Of a DNA stretch of 59,471 bases, positions 44,542-56,003 are shown piece by piece. Source of the stretch: an uncultured Heliomicrobium sp. (GTDB lineage: Bacteria; Acidobacteriota; Blastocatellia; RBC074); assembly GCA_964645355.1 (NCBI GenBank), contig CAZXZU010000002.1, positions 1-59,471 of the forward strand, written 5' to 3'. Numbering within the stretch: the stretch's first letter is position 1; every line of letters starts with the position of its first letter. The position numbers were made by a program, and so were the translations under genes. Under the pieces are notes generated by a model. The model was not told where the DNA came from. It ran no database searches and was given only the letters and a program-made list of their open reading frames with translations.

Positions 44542-45831
44542 TTATCGCAAGTGTAACTGCATGAATTTCAGAAACAAATCCCAGTCCGACGGAATGGTTC
44601 CGTGTCCGCCCGCGTGCATCACATAACCGAGCGTGTTGAAAATCGTTTGACCGGCGGCGGGCATTTGCGTCGTGCCGAGCGCCTGTTTGCCCAGCAATTT
44701 GAACACAGGTTCAGCCGCGACAGCCGCCAGAAATTCGCCTTTCGGGTCTGACCAGAAATCCGTGTCTCCGGTTTGCAGCAACACCGGGCGCGGAGCAATC
44801 AACGACACCAGCATGTGCGCGTCCACCGGGAAGTCATTCACTTTGTCGCCGTACTTGCCGTAATTCGCGGCGAACTGATACGGGTAGCGCGTGGCCTCGG
44901 TCAGATGTTTGATCGTCTCGCCGTAATTGCGACGGCTGAGGGCTGCGCCGCCTTCGCCCGAACAACTGGCGATGACCATCGCAAAACGCGGATCGTGCGC
45001 GCCTGTCCACATCACCGTTTTGCCCAGGCGCGATACGCCTGTCACGGCCACTCGTTTGGCGTCAACGCCTTTGTCGGTTTCCAGATAATCCAGCGCGCGG
45101 CTTGCTCCCCAAGCCCACGCGCCAATCGCTCCCCATTCGTTCGGCGCAGGTTCGGTTTGGCCTGGCTTCAGGTACATTGCGCGAACTCCGTGCGGAACCC
45201 CGCCCAGAAAATCAGGGTCAACGTCGCCGTAATAAAACGTAGCCACGCCGAAACCCGCTTCCAAGAAAGGCAAAACTTTCAAGCTGCCGAACCTGCCGTC
45301 CTTCGGCGCAGGCACGCGCTTCTTTTCGCGGTTCCAGATTTCGCCGGGTTTGATGCCCGGATCGTTTACGGCATTTGAGTTTGCAGTGAAGCTCAGGTTC
45401 AGCAGTAACGGCGCGGGCTTCGTCGCGTTGGCGGGCAGGTAAACCAGCAAATCCATTTTCGGCCCGGATTTGTTGGCCGAAAAATAAATCGTCACCTGAC
45501 GGCGAACGGCTTTGCCGTCGAAGGCGGGAGTGCCTTTGTCAAAAACATCGAAGCTCATTTCGGCAGGTCGTCCGGGACTGCGGCCAAACTGGTTGTCTTC
45601 AAACAAGCGCACGATTTCCGCGCGGCGTTTTTGGTTCCAGGTTTTGGCATCGCGCACGGGCTTGCCGTTGGCCAGCGTCAGGGGATCGGGCAAGGTGTAT
45701 GCGCCGACTTTCGCTTCGTCGTAGTTGACGGGAATGCCTGCGACTTCGGAACGCGGCGCGGTTTGTTGGCTGCTGGCCAGGCCAACGAAAAACAGAATCG
45801 AACAAAGAGAACCGCAAATTTTGAATGCCAT
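44542..45831 (-). CDS. CE15-like glucuronoyl esterase, paralogue 2
   Basis: VTGVSRLGKTVM nucleophile motif, GAIGAWAWGASRALDYLETDK, RRNYGE. ATG 45831 gives the signal peptide MAFKICGSLCSILFFVGLASSQ. Confidence 0.65.
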   Translation of the reverse strand: MAFKICGSLCSILFFVGLASSQQTAPRSEVAGIPVNYDEAKVGAYTLPDPLTLANGKPVRDAKTWNQKRRAEIVRLFEDNQFGRSPGRPAEMSFDVFDKGTPAFDGKAVRRQVTIYFSANKSGPKMDLLVYLPANATKPAPLLLNLSFTANSNAVNDPGIKPGEIWNREKKRVPAPKDGRFGSLKVLPFLEAGFGVATFYYGDVDPDFLGGVPHGVRAMYLKPGQTEPAPNEWGAIGAWAWGASRALDYLETDKGVDAKRVAVTGVSRLGKTVMWTGAHDPRFAMVIASCSGEGGAALSRRNYGETIKHLTEATRYPYQFAANYGKYGDKVNDFPVDAHMLVSLIAPRPVLLQTGDTDFWSDPKGEFLAAVAAEPVFKLLGKQALGTTQMPAAGQTIFNTLGYVMHAGGHGTIPSDWDLFLKFMQLHLR

Positions 45832-45868
45832 AAGTTTCCAAAGTGTTGAAATGCGATTTAACAGCCGG

Positions 45869-46765
45869 TCATCGCACGGGGTTGTCTGGACGCCAGAACG
45901 GTTCTGCCGCAGCGATGAATTCAATCGGAACTTCTTTGACGAATCCTTTCAGCCATTCGGCGCAATACTTCATCCCAGCCTGTTCCGACACGACGTGCCC
46001 CAAAACGATCAGCGCTTTCTTTTGGCCGGAAGAAATCATGTCCTGGGCGTATTCGACCAACTCCCATTCGTGAGTTTCGCCGATGACCAACACGTCCACT
46101 TCCGGGCGGGACAGAAACGGAATGCCCGGCATCAAACTGCAATTGCCCCAACTCGCCATGACACGTTTGACGGACAAGTTGGGGTCGCCGACGACGCGCA
46201 TCGTGCGAATCTTCAGTTTGGTTTGCATCTCTTTGGCCAGTTGAGACAGCGGAATGCCGGGAAAAGTGAACTGCCGAAAATTCTGCGGGTCGTTGTTTTT
46301 CTGCCAACCCAATTCCCGAATCATTCCCGTGGCGACGCCGTCCACAGGTTTGAGTCCGTGCCAGTGATCGTGGAAGTGAAAGACGACTATTTTGTTTTTG
46401 TTCAGGAAGTCGAGTTTGAACTGATAGGTCGCGTCTTGCTGGATGTTGTCGGTGCGATCCTGATGAGAAAAGAACGTGGATTCGTGCGTGATGACCATGT
46501 TTTTGCCAGCGGCGGCGGCGCGTTTGACGACATCCAGCGTCGCCATCATCGTCGTGGCAATGCCTTTGACGGGAATGTCCGGCGTGCCGGCAATGATGTT
46601 GTCCACGGTTTGCGCGCGCCACGGAATGCCGACGTTGGCTTTGATGCGGTCAATGACCTGTCCGGCGGTCAGCGGCTGCGCGGTTTGCGCGCGCGCAAGC
46701 TGAGTGGCAGCCAAGCCAATGGAAGTCAGCAAGAATGTGCGACGCGATGTGTCGTAGGTATTCAT
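45869..46765 (-). CDS. NIF3-like (dinuclear metal centre) family protein with a Tat signal
   Basis: [14 protein letters not shown] leader. [12 protein letters not shown]....VDN..., [13 protein letters not shown] and FHFHDHWH motifs. The track ORF is extended 5' through a repeat element. Confidence 0.5.
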   Translation of the reverse strand: MNTYDTSRRTFLLTSIGLAATQLARAQTAQPLTAGQVIDRIKANVGIPWRAQTVDNIIAGTPDIPVKGIATTMMATLDVVKRAAAAGKNMVITHESTFFSHQDRTDNIQQDATYQFKLDFLNKNKIVVFHFHDHWHGLKPVDGVATGMIRELGWQKNNDPQNFRQFTFPGIPLSQLAKEMQTKLKIRTMRVVGDPNLSVKRVMASWGNCSLMPGIPFLSRPEVDVLVIGETHEWELVEYAQDMISSGQKKALIVLGHVVSEQAGMKYCAEWLKGFVKEVPIEFIAAAEPFWRPDNPVR

Positions 46766-46780
46766 AAATGAAAAACGTTT

Positions 46781-46865
46781 TTCCACGAAGTCACACGAAG
46801 TTTCACGAAGAAAAGCAAAATCACCTATTTCCACTTCGTGTTTCCTTCGTGTGCCTTCGTGGATA
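46781..46865. repeat. CACGAAG-type palindromic intergenic element, copy 2
   Basis: CACGAAG at 46784, 46794 and 46804. CTTCGTG at 46834, 46845 and 46855. Same orientation and same position (just 5' of a minus-strand start) as copy 1. Confidence 0.9.
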
Positions 46866-46887
46866 GAAAGCAGTTTAACAAGTGCGG

Positions 46888-49260
46888 TCATTTGGCAATC
46901 ACTTCAAGTTTTGTCTTTTGAACTTTCACCGAACTCGTTCCCACCATAATTTCAAATGCGCCCGGTTCAACAACGCGCTGCATATTCAAATCCAGAAACG
47001 ACAGCTTGTCCGGCGTGATGGTGAACGTGACGGTCTTGCTCTCGCCCGGCGCAAGCGCGATGCGTTTGAAGTCTTTCAACTCCATGACCGGGCGCGTAAC
47101 TGAACTGATTGAGTCGCGGATATAAAGTTGTACGATCTCATCGCCCGCGCGGTTACCGATGTTTTTGACCGTCACGCTGACAGTGGCTTGGCCATCGGGC
47201 GTGATCTTTTCCAGTGACACTTTCAGGTTGGAGTAAGAGAACGTTGTGTAGCTCAATCCAAAGCCGAATGGGAAGAGCGGTTCTTTGCTGGTGTACAGAT
47301 AACCGCGCCGCGCCGTAGGTTTGTGGTTGTAAGCAATCGGCAACTGCCCGACCGAGCGCGGGAAAGTGACGGCCAGTTTGCCCGCCGGGTTGGTATCGCC
47401 GAACAGGACATCGGCGACGGCCACACCCGTTTCCTGCCCCAGGTAAAAGCCTTCCAGAATGGCCGGGACGGTTTCGGCAATGTAATTGATCGAAAGCGGT
47501 GCGCTGTTGATCAGCAGCACGACGACGGGTTTGCCAGTTTCGACGATGGCTTTGACCAGATCGTTCTGGCGGCCAACCAGATCAAGGCTGTCGCGGTCGC
47601 CCAGGTGATTGTCCGCCCAGGCTTCTTTGCTGGTGTCTTCGTTGCCGCCGACAACCAGCAAGGCAACGTCAGAAGCTTTGGCCGTTTCGACGGCTTCGGC
47701 AATCAGTTTGGCGTCAACCGCCGGGTCGCTGAGTTGCGAACGGTCGTCCCACCATTTGCCGCCTTCTTTGGTGATCTTGCAGCCTTCGGCGTAGTTGATT
47801 TTGATTTTGCCGCCGACCTTGTCGCGGACGCCTTGCAGAACGCTGACGCCGCGCTGCGGATCGTCGCTGTAACCGCCTAGATGAACTTCCGCCGCGTTCG
47901 GGCCGATGACGGCGATGGATTGCAGCTTGCCGGAATCCAGCGGCAGCAAATTGCCTGCATTTTTGAGCAGCACGATTGAACGCCGCGCGGCTTCGGCGGC
48001 GAGTTCACGATGCGACGCGCTGTTGGTAAGTTTCACCGCGCGTTCAACATCAACATACGGATTCTCAAACAAGCCGAGTTGGAACTTGGCGCGCAGCACG
48101 CGGGCGACGGCTTTGTCCACATCGGCCAGCGAAACTTTGCCTTCGCTGACCAGTTGCGGCAGCAGCGGGTAACAGGCCGGGTCTGGCAATTCGATGTCTA
48201 CGCCAGCGGCAAGCGCCTGCCGCGCGGCTTCGGCGCGATCAACGGCGACCTTGTGGCGCGAAACCAATTCCGAGATGCCGTTGTAATCCGCCGCCACCAA
48301 ACCACGAAAGCCCCATTCCTGTCGCAAGACTTTTTCCAGCAGCCAGGAATTCTTGTGCGAAGGCACGCCGTCAATTTCGTTGTACGAAGGCATGACGCTC
48401 ATCACGCCCGCTTCTTTGACGGCGGCTTCAAACGGCGGCAAAAAGATTTCGCGCAGTATGCGTTCGGAAAAGTTGCCCGGCGCAGTGTTCGTGCCGCCTT
48501 CGGGTTGACCGTGCGCGGCGAAGTGTTTGGCCGTGGCAATGACGTGTTCGCCGTCAATGATCGGCGCGCTTGTCCCTTGAATCGCTTTGATGGCGGCCAC
48601 GCCCATACGCGCAACCAGGTACGGGTCTTCGCCATAAGTTTCTTCCGTTCGTCCCCAGCGCGGATCGCGCGCCAGATCAATGTTCGGCCCCAAGACGTGA
48701 TGGCTGCCGCGCAGGCGCGTTTCCAGCGCGGCGGCGGTGAAGATTTTGGTGATCAGTTCCGTGTCCCAACTAGAAGCCAATGAAATCGGCGTGGGGAAAT
48801 TCGTCCCGCCGACTGCCATCAACCCATGCAGAATTTCATCGTGCAACATCGCTGGAATGCCCAGGCGAGTGTTTTCCTTCAACCACTTTTGCAAGGCGTT
48901 GGCATAAGCCGCGCCACGTCGCGCGTCGGTGCGTTCGCGTTGGCGCGCGATTTCGCCTATGCCGTGCTTCATCACTTTGGCGGCTTCTTCCGCCGAAAAA
49001 TCGCCTCGGTCACCGAAGTTGCCGCTCAGCGGGCGCTGCTGGGGTTTCTTGATCCAGAGCGTCTGCATCTGCGCGACTTTCTCTTCGATGGTCATGCGGC
49101 TGAGCAAGTCAGCGACGCGGCGTTCAATCGGCAAGCCGGGATTGAGGTAATCAGGTTGTTGCGCGTTGCCGCCAGGCAAATCAAAGCCGGACTTTAGCGC
49201 CAGCAGCGCGACCACTAGGAAAAACAATGTAGGCGTTTTTTTCATCAAGTTATTTACCAT
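46888..49260 (-). CDS. GH3 beta-glucosidase/beta-xylosidase-type glycoside hydrolase
   Basis: About 790 aa with a signal peptide. [21 protein letters not shown] and a C-terminal fibronectin-like domain. An alternative ATG lies at 49245. Confidence 0.9.
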   Translation of the reverse strand: MVNNLMKKTPTLFFLVVALLALKSGFDLPGGNAQQPDYLNPGLPIERRVADLLSRMTIEEKVAQMQTLWIKKPQQRPLSGNFGDRGDFSAEEAAKVMKHGIGEIARQRERTDARRGAAYANALQKWLKENTRLGIPAMLHDEILHGLMAVGGTNFPTPISLASSWDTELITKIFTAAALETRLRGSHHVLGPNIDLARDPRWGRTEETYGEDPYLVARMGVAAIKAIQGTSAPIIDGEHVIATAKHFAAHGQPEGGTNTAPGNFSERILREIFLPPFEAAVKEAGVMSVMPSYNEIDGVPSHKNSWLLEKVLRQEWGFRGLVAADYNGISELVSRHKVAVDRAEAARQALAAGVDIELPDPACYPLLPQLVSEGKVSLADVDKAVARVLRAKFQLGLFENPYVDVERAVKLTNSASHRELAAEAARRSIVLLKNAGNLLPLDSGKLQSIAVIGPNAAEVHLGGYSDDPQRGVSVLQGVRDKVGGKIKINYAEGCKITKEGGKWWDDRSQLSDPAVDAKLIAEAVETAKASDVALLVVGGNEDTSKEAWADNHLGDRDSLDLVGRQNDLVKAIVETGKPVVVLLINSAPLSINYIAETVPAILEGFYLGQETGVAVADVLFGDTNPAGKLAVTFPRSVGQLPIAYNHKPTARRGYLYTSKEPLFPFGFGLSYTTFSYSNLKVSLEKITPDGQATVSVTVKNIGNRAGDEIVQLYIRDSISSVTRPVMELKDFKRIALAPGESKTVTFTITPDKLSFLDLNMQRVVEPGAFEIMVGTSSVKVQKTKLEVIAK

Positions 49261-49365
49261 TTCGCTCTCGCTGAATTTGTGCGTGATAACTCTTTTCGTT
49301 CATCTCGATAAACCTGCTCAGACCTGCCGGATCAATAAACGGGTTCGGTTGCGCGCCAAGCCGTT

Positions 49366-49971
49366 TCACTTCAAGACACTGGCGTGCCGGATGATTCGGG
49401 CTTCAAGGTGCTTCCTTACATCAGGCCATTCGTGCGCCAGGATGCTGTACATCACACTGTCGCGTACCGATCCATCACTGCGTCTTGTGTGATGCCGAAG
49501 AACGCCGTCTTTTTTCGCTCCCAAGGCTTCAATCGCGCGCTGGGAAGCGAAATTGAAATTGTCCGTCCGCAACCCGACAACCTTACAGCCCAGCGTGTCG
49601 AAGGCGTGACGCAGCAGCAACACTTTGCAGCTTGTGTTGACGTGACTGCGCTGCCGGCTTTTTGCATACCAGGTGTAGCCGATTTCTACGCGGTCAATCG
49701 CGGCGACAATGTCGTGATAGCGGGTGCTGCCGATGATGGTGTTGCTGCTTAAATCGCGCACCGCCCACGGCAGCATGTGCCCGGCTTCCTGTCCGGCCAG
49801 TGCCGCAGCGATATAACCGCGCGCTTGAGCCGGTTCCGGCACGGACGTGAACCAGAGTTCCCACAACCTGCCGTCTTCCGCCGCCAGCGCAAGCGCATCC
49901 GCGTGTTTCTCGGTCAGCGGTTCCAGCCGCACGCCGTAACCTTCCAGTGTGATGGGTTGTAGTTGAATCAT
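49366..49971 (-). CDS. GNAT-family N-acetyltransferase (RimJ/RimL-like)
   Basis: LEGYGVRLEPLTEKHADAL...IGST.Y........VEIGYTW......R.HVNT..K.LLL.HAF pattern. Confidence 0.75.
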   Translation of the reverse strand: MIQLQPITLEGYGVRLEPLTEKHADALALAAEDGRLWELWFTSVPEPAQARGYIAAALAGQEAGHMLPWAVRDLSSNTIIGSTRYHDIVAAIDRVEIGYTWYAKSRQRSHVNTSCKVLLLRHAFDTLGCKVVGLRTDNFNFASQRAIEALGAKKDGVLRHHTRRSDGSVRDSVMYSILAHEWPDVRKHLEARIIRHASVLK

Positions 49972-50004
49972 TGACCTTACCTTGATTGAAGAGTGTGCGT
50001 AATT

Positions 50005-50088
50005 CGGTACGGAACCGGAAGCGACTGAGTGTTCTGATAGAGTGTTGCTTCAAGCCAACCCGGTCGCTACCGCTCCCGGTTCCGTACC
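50005..50088. repeat. GGTAGCGACC-type palindromic element, copy c (left arm decayed)
   Basis: cGGTACGGAACCGGaagcGAC ... GGTCGCTACCGCTCCCGGTTCCGTACC. Confidence 0.75.
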
Positions 50089-50132
50089 ACTGTTCAAACG
50101 CGCGGAGATGCCAGAGCGATAATCGGCGCGTC

Positions 50133-51650
50133 TTACTTGATTTCGGTGTTGCTGACGAAAGCGATCTTCTTGCTGTCCGGCGACCACGACGGAACGTTGA
50201 TCGTGCCTTGCCCGCCGTAAAGATACGCAATCACTTTGGGCTGGCCTCCACTTATGGGCATCAGCCTCAAGTAAACGTGTTTGTAAAACGGATGATCGCC
50301 CGGCGCTATGTCGTTTGGAAAAGTGATGAAGACGATCCATTTGCCGTCGGGCGAAATGTGAGGAAACCAGTTGTTGAACTCGTCGTTGGTGATCTGGGTT
50401 TGTTCGCTGCCGTCGGGCTTCATACGCCAAATTTGCATCAGGCCGGTGCGGAATGAATTGAAGTAAATGTATTTGCCGTCGGGCGTGAATTCAGGCCCGT
50501 CGTCCACGCCTTTCGCGGTTGTCAGTTGAACCTCTTCGCCGCCCGGGGCCGGGATTTTGTAAACATCGAAATCATCGTTGCGGCGACCTGCAAACACCAG
50601 CCACTTTTTATCCGGCGACCAGCCGTGCAAATACGACGGCCCTTTGCGAGTAACTTTGACGGGTTTGCCGCCTTTCGCGGGCAGCGTGTAAATCATCGAA
50701 ACGTTGCCGTCTTCGGCGCTGGTGCTGCTGATGCCCAGCAGCTTGCCGTCGTGCGAATAAACGTGATCGTTGTTGTTGCGTTTGACTTCGCCGGTGTCGA
50801 ACAGCGTCGGCGTGTTGGTTTTCAAGTCGAAGCGATAGAGCAAACCGTTGTGGTTATAAAGCAGATACTTTCCATCCGTCGTCCAGTTCGGAGCTTGCAG
50901 CGAATCTTTGACGCGGTGCAAAACCCTGCGCGTGCTGGTCGCCAAATCCATGACTTCCAGATTGCTGCCGATGTATTCGCGGTAAGGCACGAAGTTTTCA
51001 CGCGCGGGCACTGTGATTTCAACGTCACGAAAGACGGCGGTTTCGACGACGCTGTTGTTGTGCGAACAGACGTACAGGCCAACGTAAACTTCGTCGCCCA
51101 GCGGAACGTCTGCAATTTCCTTCGTCAAAAACGTCTGGCCGAAACGCGCCACGGACATCAGGTATTTGCCGCCGCGCCGTTCAAGCTGAACTACGTCGAA
51201 GTTCTTTTCCGTAAAGTCCACGCGCTCCGTAATCGCGCCTTTCGTCCGCCGAAATTGAAACGAAGTCAGCCCGTCGCCGTGCAAGCTGGCGTTGACGTGA
51301 GGCGCATCGGTTTCCAGGTTCGGCCCAAGGTTTGGACGGACGATCCAGCCGATTTTGCGATGCGGATCAACGCCTTTGCCGAGGAATTCGGCGCGGGCGC
51401 GCAGTATGAAATTGCCTTTCATGCGCTTCCACGCGAAATGAAATTCGTCCTTGCCCGCCCACATATTCGTGCCCGAAGCCGTGATCGTGTAAGTCAGCTT
51501 GGCCGCGTCATACGCCACCGAACCCGGCGTAGCGACCGCGCCAACGTCTTCGTGATGTTCAAATTGGCCGACAGGTTTTTGTTGAGCAAAGGCGAAAGAA
51601 CACAGCATCGCCGTCAGCAGAATTGAGATTGCAATTGATTTGTGGAGCAT
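50133..51650 (-). CDS. secreted protein: N-terminal concanavalin/LamG-like domain plus a TolB-like PD40 beta-propeller
   Basis: Signal peptide. C-terminal repeats WSPDKKWLVF, FTPDGKYIYF, ISPDGKWIVF and WSPDSKKIAF. Confidence 0.75.
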   Translation of the reverse strand: MLHKSIAISILLTAMLCSFAFAQQKPVGQFEHHEDVGAVATPGSVAYDAAKLTYTITASGTNMWAGKDEFHFAWKRMKGNFILRARAEFLGKGVDPHRKIGWIVRPNLGPNLETDAPHVNASLHGDGLTSFQFRRTKGAITERVDFTEKNFDVVQLERRGGKYLMSVARFGQTFLTKEIADVPLGDEVYVGLYVCSHNNSVVETAVFRDVEITVPARENFVPYREYIGSNLEVMDLATSTRRVLHRVKDSLQAPNWTTDGKYLLYNHNGLLYRFDLKTNTPTLFDTGEVKRNNNDHVYSHDGKLLGISSTSAEDGNVSMIYTLPAKGGKPVKVTRKGPSYLHGWSPDKKWLVFAGRRNDDFDVYKIPAPGGEEVQLTTAKGVDDGPEFTPDGKYIYFNSFRTGLMQIWRMKPDGSEQTQITNDEFNNWFPHISPDGKWIVFITFPNDIAPGDHPFYKHVYLRLMPISGGQPKVIAYLYGGQGTINVPSWSPDSKKIAFVSNTEIK

Positions 51651-51662
51651 AGGTTTATCAGG

Positions 51663-51730
51663 TCAGTACTGCGACCGGTAGGGAGCGTTTTTACTCTGGC
51701 ATAGGCGCTCCCTACCGGTCGCGGTACTGA
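51663..51730. repeat. palindromic element, variant family (GCGACCGGTAGGGAGCG arms)
   Basis: tCAGTACtGCGACCGGTAGGGAGCG, 18-nt spacer, CGCTCCCTACCGGTCGCgGTACTGa. Confidence 0.85.
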
Positions 51731-52975
51731 TTAGTATGGAATCTCAGGCCGCCGATTATCATTCGGATCAGCCCAACGGTTGTTCGGAATCGTAGGCGTC
51801 CAACCCGGACGCAGCGGGTCCTGGTCGTAAGGATAGCCGCCCAGTCGTTTGTAAAGCTCGCTGTATTCGCCCAGCTTGTCGCGGTCGAGTTTGACGCCCA
51901 AACCCGGCGCAGTCGGGACGGTGATCGAACCGTTTTCGTATTTCATCTTGCCGCCAACGATGATGTCGTCGGTCAGATGATGGTAATGAGCGTCGGCGGC
52001 GAACGACAAATTTGGAATCACAGCTCCCAGATGCAGCATCGTCGCCAGTTGAATTCCAAGCTCTCCCGACGAATGCACGGCCACTCCAAGCTGGAAAGTT
52101 TCGCAAATGCCAGCCGCTTTGACGCAAGCGCGAATGCCTCCCCAGAAAGTCGTGTCCAGCAGAATCACGTCAACCGCCGTGTTCAAAATGTTCGCCGCCA
52201 GTTGTTCAAAGTTGACGACGACGGTGTTCGTCGCCAGCGGCATACGAACTTTTTCGCGGACTCGGCGCATGCCGTGCATTCCGTAAACAGGGTCTTCCAG
52301 ATAATCGTTGTTGATGTCTTCTATGGCCTGGCCGAAGCGTATGGCTTGTTCGGTGGACATGACGCCGTTCGGGTCGAAGCGGAAACGGTCGCCTTTCGAG
52401 CTGTCGGCGACTGCTCGATAACACTCCAGTTCGTAATCGGGATGAAAGACGCCGCCTTTCAACTTGTGCGAAGTGAAGCCGTATCGAGCTTTCAGTTCGC
52501 GCGCCTCGGCTACCAACTGATCCACTGTGCGAACTTCGCCGGAACCGTCTTTCGGATTCGGATAGCGGAAAAACAGATAGCTGGCGAATGGAACTCGATC
52601 CTGCAACCGTCCGCCCAGAACTTCAGAAACCGGGACGCCCCATTTCTGGCCGATGATGTCCAGACAAGCGAATTCCAGCGCAGCCAGAATCTGAGTCCGA
52701 TTGTTGTAAAGCGAAGCCGTAGGGTTGGCGATCAGAAAGCGCATCTCTTCCAGCCGAGCCGGTTCGTGGCCGACCAGATAGCTTTTCATCGCGCGAAAGG
52801 TCGCTTCGGCGGATTCGCCGCCGCCCCCCATTTCACCCAGGCCTGTGATGCCTTCGTCGGTTTCGACTTCTACGATGGTGCGAACGAAACGCCCCCAGTG
52901 ACAACCGTTCGCGTGACGCAGCGGCGCTTCCAGCGGGACGGTGACGGTGGTTGCTCGGATGTCAGTAATTTTCAT
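51731..52975 (-). CDS. enolase-superfamily enzyme (mandelate racemase/muconate-lactonizing; glucarate-dehydratase-like)
   Basis: [15 protein letters not shown]....[22 protein letters not shown] capping-domain start, followed by a barrel domain with acidic metal ligands. Confidence 0.75.
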   Translation of the reverse strand: MKITDIRATTVTVPLEAPLRHANGCHWGRFVRTIVEVETDEGITGLGEMGGGGESAEATFRAMKSYLVGHEPARLEEMRFLIANPTASLYNNRTQILAALEFACLDIIGQKWGVPVSEVLGGRLQDRVPFASYLFFRYPNPKDGSGEVRTVDQLVAEARELKARYGFTSHKLKGGVFHPDYELECYRAVADSSKGDRFRFDPNGVMSTEQAIRFGQAIEDINNDYLEDPVYGMHGMRRVREKVRMPLATNTVVVNFEQLAANILNTAVDVILLDTTFWGGIRACVKAAGICETFQLGVAVHSSGELGIQLATMLHLGAVIPNLSFAADAHYHHLTDDIIVGGKMKYENGSITVPTAPGLGVKLDRDKLGEYSELYKRLGGYPYDQDPLRPGWTPTIPNNRWADPNDNRRPEIPY

Positions 52976-52988
52976 GGGATGCGGATAA

Positions 52989-53432
52989 TTACACTTCCAA
53001 ATCGTCCAGCAGCAGAATTGTGATTTCAGTTACGCGCTTGAGCATCGCGTCATTGGTCAGAAAAGCGTCGCAGCCTGACGCAAGAGCCGCCGCAATTTGG
53101 AACGCATCGGTGAGCGTCAGGTTGTAACGTGCTCGCAATTCAGCCGCCTGTTCCGCGCTGTCATCTACGCCGGTGTAGTGAGTATGAATTCCCCTGGTAA
53201 TGGCATTGCGAAACTTTTGAATCAGTAACTGGTCTCCGTGACGATACGGATGCACCAGACATTCGGCCAACGTCACGGATGAGGTGACAGCTTCCGGTAT
53301 TCCGTTTTGAATTTGCTGAAAAATAATGTCCGTCAATGGCTGATAGGCAGGATTTCCTTCGATGTGATAGATAACCGGCGCTGTGTCCAGAAACAATCTT
53401 GTGACACCCGCCAGTGCATCCTTTACGTTCAT
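52989..53432 (-). CDS. vapC: PIN-domain ribonuclease toxin (VapC-like)
   Basis: [10 protein letters not shown]... at the N-terminus, ...[20 protein letters not shown]. Its ATG overlaps the upstream stop (TGATG at 53430-53434). Confidence 0.75.
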   Translation of the reverse strand: MNVKDALAGVTRLFLDTAPVIYHIEGNPAYQPLTDIIFQQIQNGIPEAVTSSVTLAECLVHPYRHGDQLLIQKFRNAITRGIHTHYTGVDDSAEQAAELRARYNLTLTDAFQIAAALASGCDAFLTNDAMLKRVTEITILLLDDLEV

Positions 53433-53740
53433 CACACGCGCCTCCATTGCTGCTCTCGTTGGTCGTCTGCTTCATGTCGAGAATGTGAAACCCAAGCTTG
53501 TGCGTCCTGACCTTCCAACAGACTCGGCGCGATTCCTCGCAGCGACATCCAATCGCATCCTTGCACTGGATTCTGTTCTGTCGGCTGAGCGACGGCATCA
53601 ACTGCTTCCGACGCGGTCAATTCAAGTTTGCTTAAACGCTCGCTGATGCGCGCCACCAAAGATAATTGCTCGCGTGGCGGCAATTGCGCTGTTAGTAGTT
53701 CGGCTTGCTCCAAAGTGATTGTGTTGCTCATAGAATTCAC
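53432..53740 (-). CDS. putative cognate antitoxin (102 aa)
   Basis: Small ORF translationally coupled to the PIN gene. Its C-terminal LRGIAPSLLEGQDAQAWV motif resembles antitoxins paired with PIN toxins. Confidence 0.5.
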   Translation of the reverse strand: MNSMSNTITLEQAELLTAQLPPREQLSLVARISERLSKLELTASEAVDAVAQPTEQNPVQGCDWMSLRGIAPSLLEGQDAQAWVSHSRHEADDQREQQWRRV

Positions 53741-53967
53741 CTCTCTTGAATTATAGCCCAGAACTTCACCAGGTCAGGCTCTTTGCCTTGTATTCATCCA
53801 GCGTCTTCAACGGCTTCTCAACGCCAGCGGGCAAAGGCCGCTTCGAGAAAGTTTGAAAGTAAGCAAACAGGCGTCGCGCCAATGCACGGCGTCGCGTTCC
53901 TGAATGGCCAGTTTTGGGGCGACTGCCGCACTGGCAATCCAACTTGTGCATCGCGTATTCATGTTTT

Positions 53968-55749
53968 TCATTGAGACACTCTGACAGGCGGCAGCGCGCG
54001 CGGCGGCAGCGGGTTTCTGATTGGAATGGGCGTTCCTGGCAGCGCGTATGCAGTCTGCCCTTTGACCAACGTCAGCGGGAACTGCTGGCCGTTGATGGTC
54101 AGGGCGTAAGTTCCATAAAACCCCGTGAACGCGATTGTGCCGTCAGCGCCGACAGTCGCGGTCAAGTCGGTGTCCCATTCTTTCATCATCTGATCGAAGC
54201 GTTGACCGGCGGGCGTCAGGTTCCAATCCGTGTCAACCAGCCCGTAACTGTTGGGCGCAGTCGCGCGCAATCCCCAGAACAGAAAACCCGTCGCGCCCGG
54301 CGTGCCGAAAGTCATACGCAGCGTTTCTTCAGTAATCTGGGCCGCAAAGTTCCAATCCCAGACCCCGCCATTGGCCAGGACGCTGAACTCTGTCAGCGCG
54401 ACGGGCAGATGCGTCACCGCCAGATTCTGATAAACCTGCATGATCCGCGCCGGGCTGTGGACGGCGGAACCAAGCACGGCGCTGGTTCGCACGTCGGCGT
54501 AATACTGCACGCCAACGCCTGTCATTTTGCCGCCCGCGTTTCGCACTTCCTCGATGTGGGCGCGATACCAGTTGGCGTAAGCGTCGGAACCGCCATTCAC
54601 CAGGTCGCTTGAAAATTGCAGCACGTTGAATTCGTTCAACATCGTCCGCGCGTTGCTGCCCGCGTCGGTCAGCGCGGAGGCGACTTCGTTGAAGATTTCG
54701 GCCACGCCCTGAGCGCCGAAAATTTGCCAGTAACGCCGCTGATGCAAGCTTTCGTTGAGCACATCCAGTTCGACGTAACGCTGAGCGCGACGGCGCACGT
54801 AATAATCAATCCGTTCGCTGATTTGCCGCCGCAACGTTTCTTTGGCCGTGGCGTCGCCCGCCGCCGCCTGGGCAATCAGATTTTGAACCCAGACCGGTTG
54901 CTGGTTGGTATCCCACAGCAAGGTGTGCATGCGGGCGCGTTGGCCATGCGCGGCGGCGTAATTCAGAAAGCCGTCAATCGCTTCCATAGTGACGGCGTCC
55001 TGAAGGTTTTCGTTATAAGTCCATTTGCCGCCGTTCGACGGAACCAGCGCGCTGAAATAACGATTGACAAGTTGCTGGTAGTTGTAAGCCTGAGTGCCCG
55101 GCGCGGGATTGTCCGCCAGGTCGGGAAAACTGGTGAAGCCGCTGGCAATGCCGCCGAAATTGAACGCGTGATTGGCCAGCTTTACCTTCACTTCAGTCCC
55201 GGACGCGAAAGGGACGCTCACGACAACCGCTCCACGGCGATAATTTTCAATGTAAGTTCTGGCCGCCGCCAGCGCGTTTTCGTTGCCGCCGACGTTGGAC
55301 AGGTTTGCGCCGCCGACTTCCAGCGAGCGAATGGTCAGCACGCGATTGGCGGTCGGCACATCGTTGTTGAATTCCAGGCGGACGAAGTGCGTGCCAGCCG
55401 CCAGGTTCAAAGTTGTCATGTATTCGTTGAAGCCTCCGCCGACATCCCAACCGGTGATGAAATCGTTGACGGCCACATTCAATCGCGGCGCGATTCCGTC
55501 ATCGGTCGAACCGGAGGCGTTGATTTTCAATGCGACCCCGGCAGGCGCATCGAGCGTGATGTATGTGCCGACGTAACCGTTGCTGTTGAGCGTCCAATCG
55601 CTGCCCGCCGCGCTGCCGCTCGAACGCAACGCAAAGTTATTGCCCGCGACAGTGTTTTGCGATTGCGCCGCGACGCCGCCAAACTGAACAAGACCACAGC
55701 AGACGCAAAGCGCGAGAAAACAACCGAGCGAAGTTCTGAATGATTTCAT
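53968..55749 (-). CDS. GH10-like endo-beta-1,4-xylanase with an N-terminal carbohydrate-binding-like domain
   Basis: Signal peptide [40 protein letters not shown] (acid/base position). ALTEFSV (nucleophile position). The track ORF is extended to 55938. Confidence 0.65.
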   Translation of the reverse strand: MKSFRTSLGCFLALCVCCGLVQFGGVAAQSQNTVAGNNFALRSSGSAAGSDWTLNSNGYVGTYITLDAPAGVALKINASGSTDDGIAPRLNVAVNDFITGWDVGGGFNEYMTTLNLAAGTHFVRLEFNNDVPTANRVLTIRSLEVGGANLSNVGGNENALAAARTYIENYRRGAVVVSVPFASGTEVKVKLANHAFNFGGIASGFTSFPDLADNPAPGTQAYNYQQLVNRYFSALVPSNGGKWTYNENLQDAVTMEAIDGFLNYAAAHGQRARMHTLLWDTNQQPVWVQNLIAQAAAGDATAKETLRRQISERIDYYVRRRAQRYVELDVLNESLHQRRYWQIFGAQGVAEIFNEVASALTDAGSNARTMLNEFNVLQFSSDLVNGGSDAYANWYRAHIEEVRNAGGKMTGVGVQYYADVRTSAVLGSAVHSPARIMQVYQNLAVTHLPVALTEFSVLANGGVWDWNFAAQITEETLRMTFGTPGATGFLFWGLRATAPNSYGLVDTDWNLTPAGQRFDQMMKEWDTDLTATVGADGTIAFTGFYGTYALTINGQQFPLTLVKGQTAYALPGTPIPIRNPLPPRALPPVRVSQ

Positions 55750-56003
55750 CTGAATGATTTTATTGGCCAACATCTCAGCGGTAGCGATGCAGCTTGATTC
55801 GTTGAAGATCGAATTTGCCTGACGACAGCCGCAGATGTCGTCCTTGATGAGCTTGATCCCGTTCAGCCAGCGTCCGGGCATCCACTGACCGTTCACATAT
55901 TTTCCTTCTAGTGCTGAAAGTATGCCGACCAAGCGCACAAACTGAAGTTTGTCAGACGTTTTCGGAGAATGAATAGCCCCTGGGGTTGAACCGTTCAGGG
56001 CGA

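Noticed and set aside
53766-53951. 61-aa ORF between the antitoxin gene and GH10
   Set aside because: It is Arg/Cys-rich with odd composition, has no RBS and no family resemblance. It is probably non-coding spacer.
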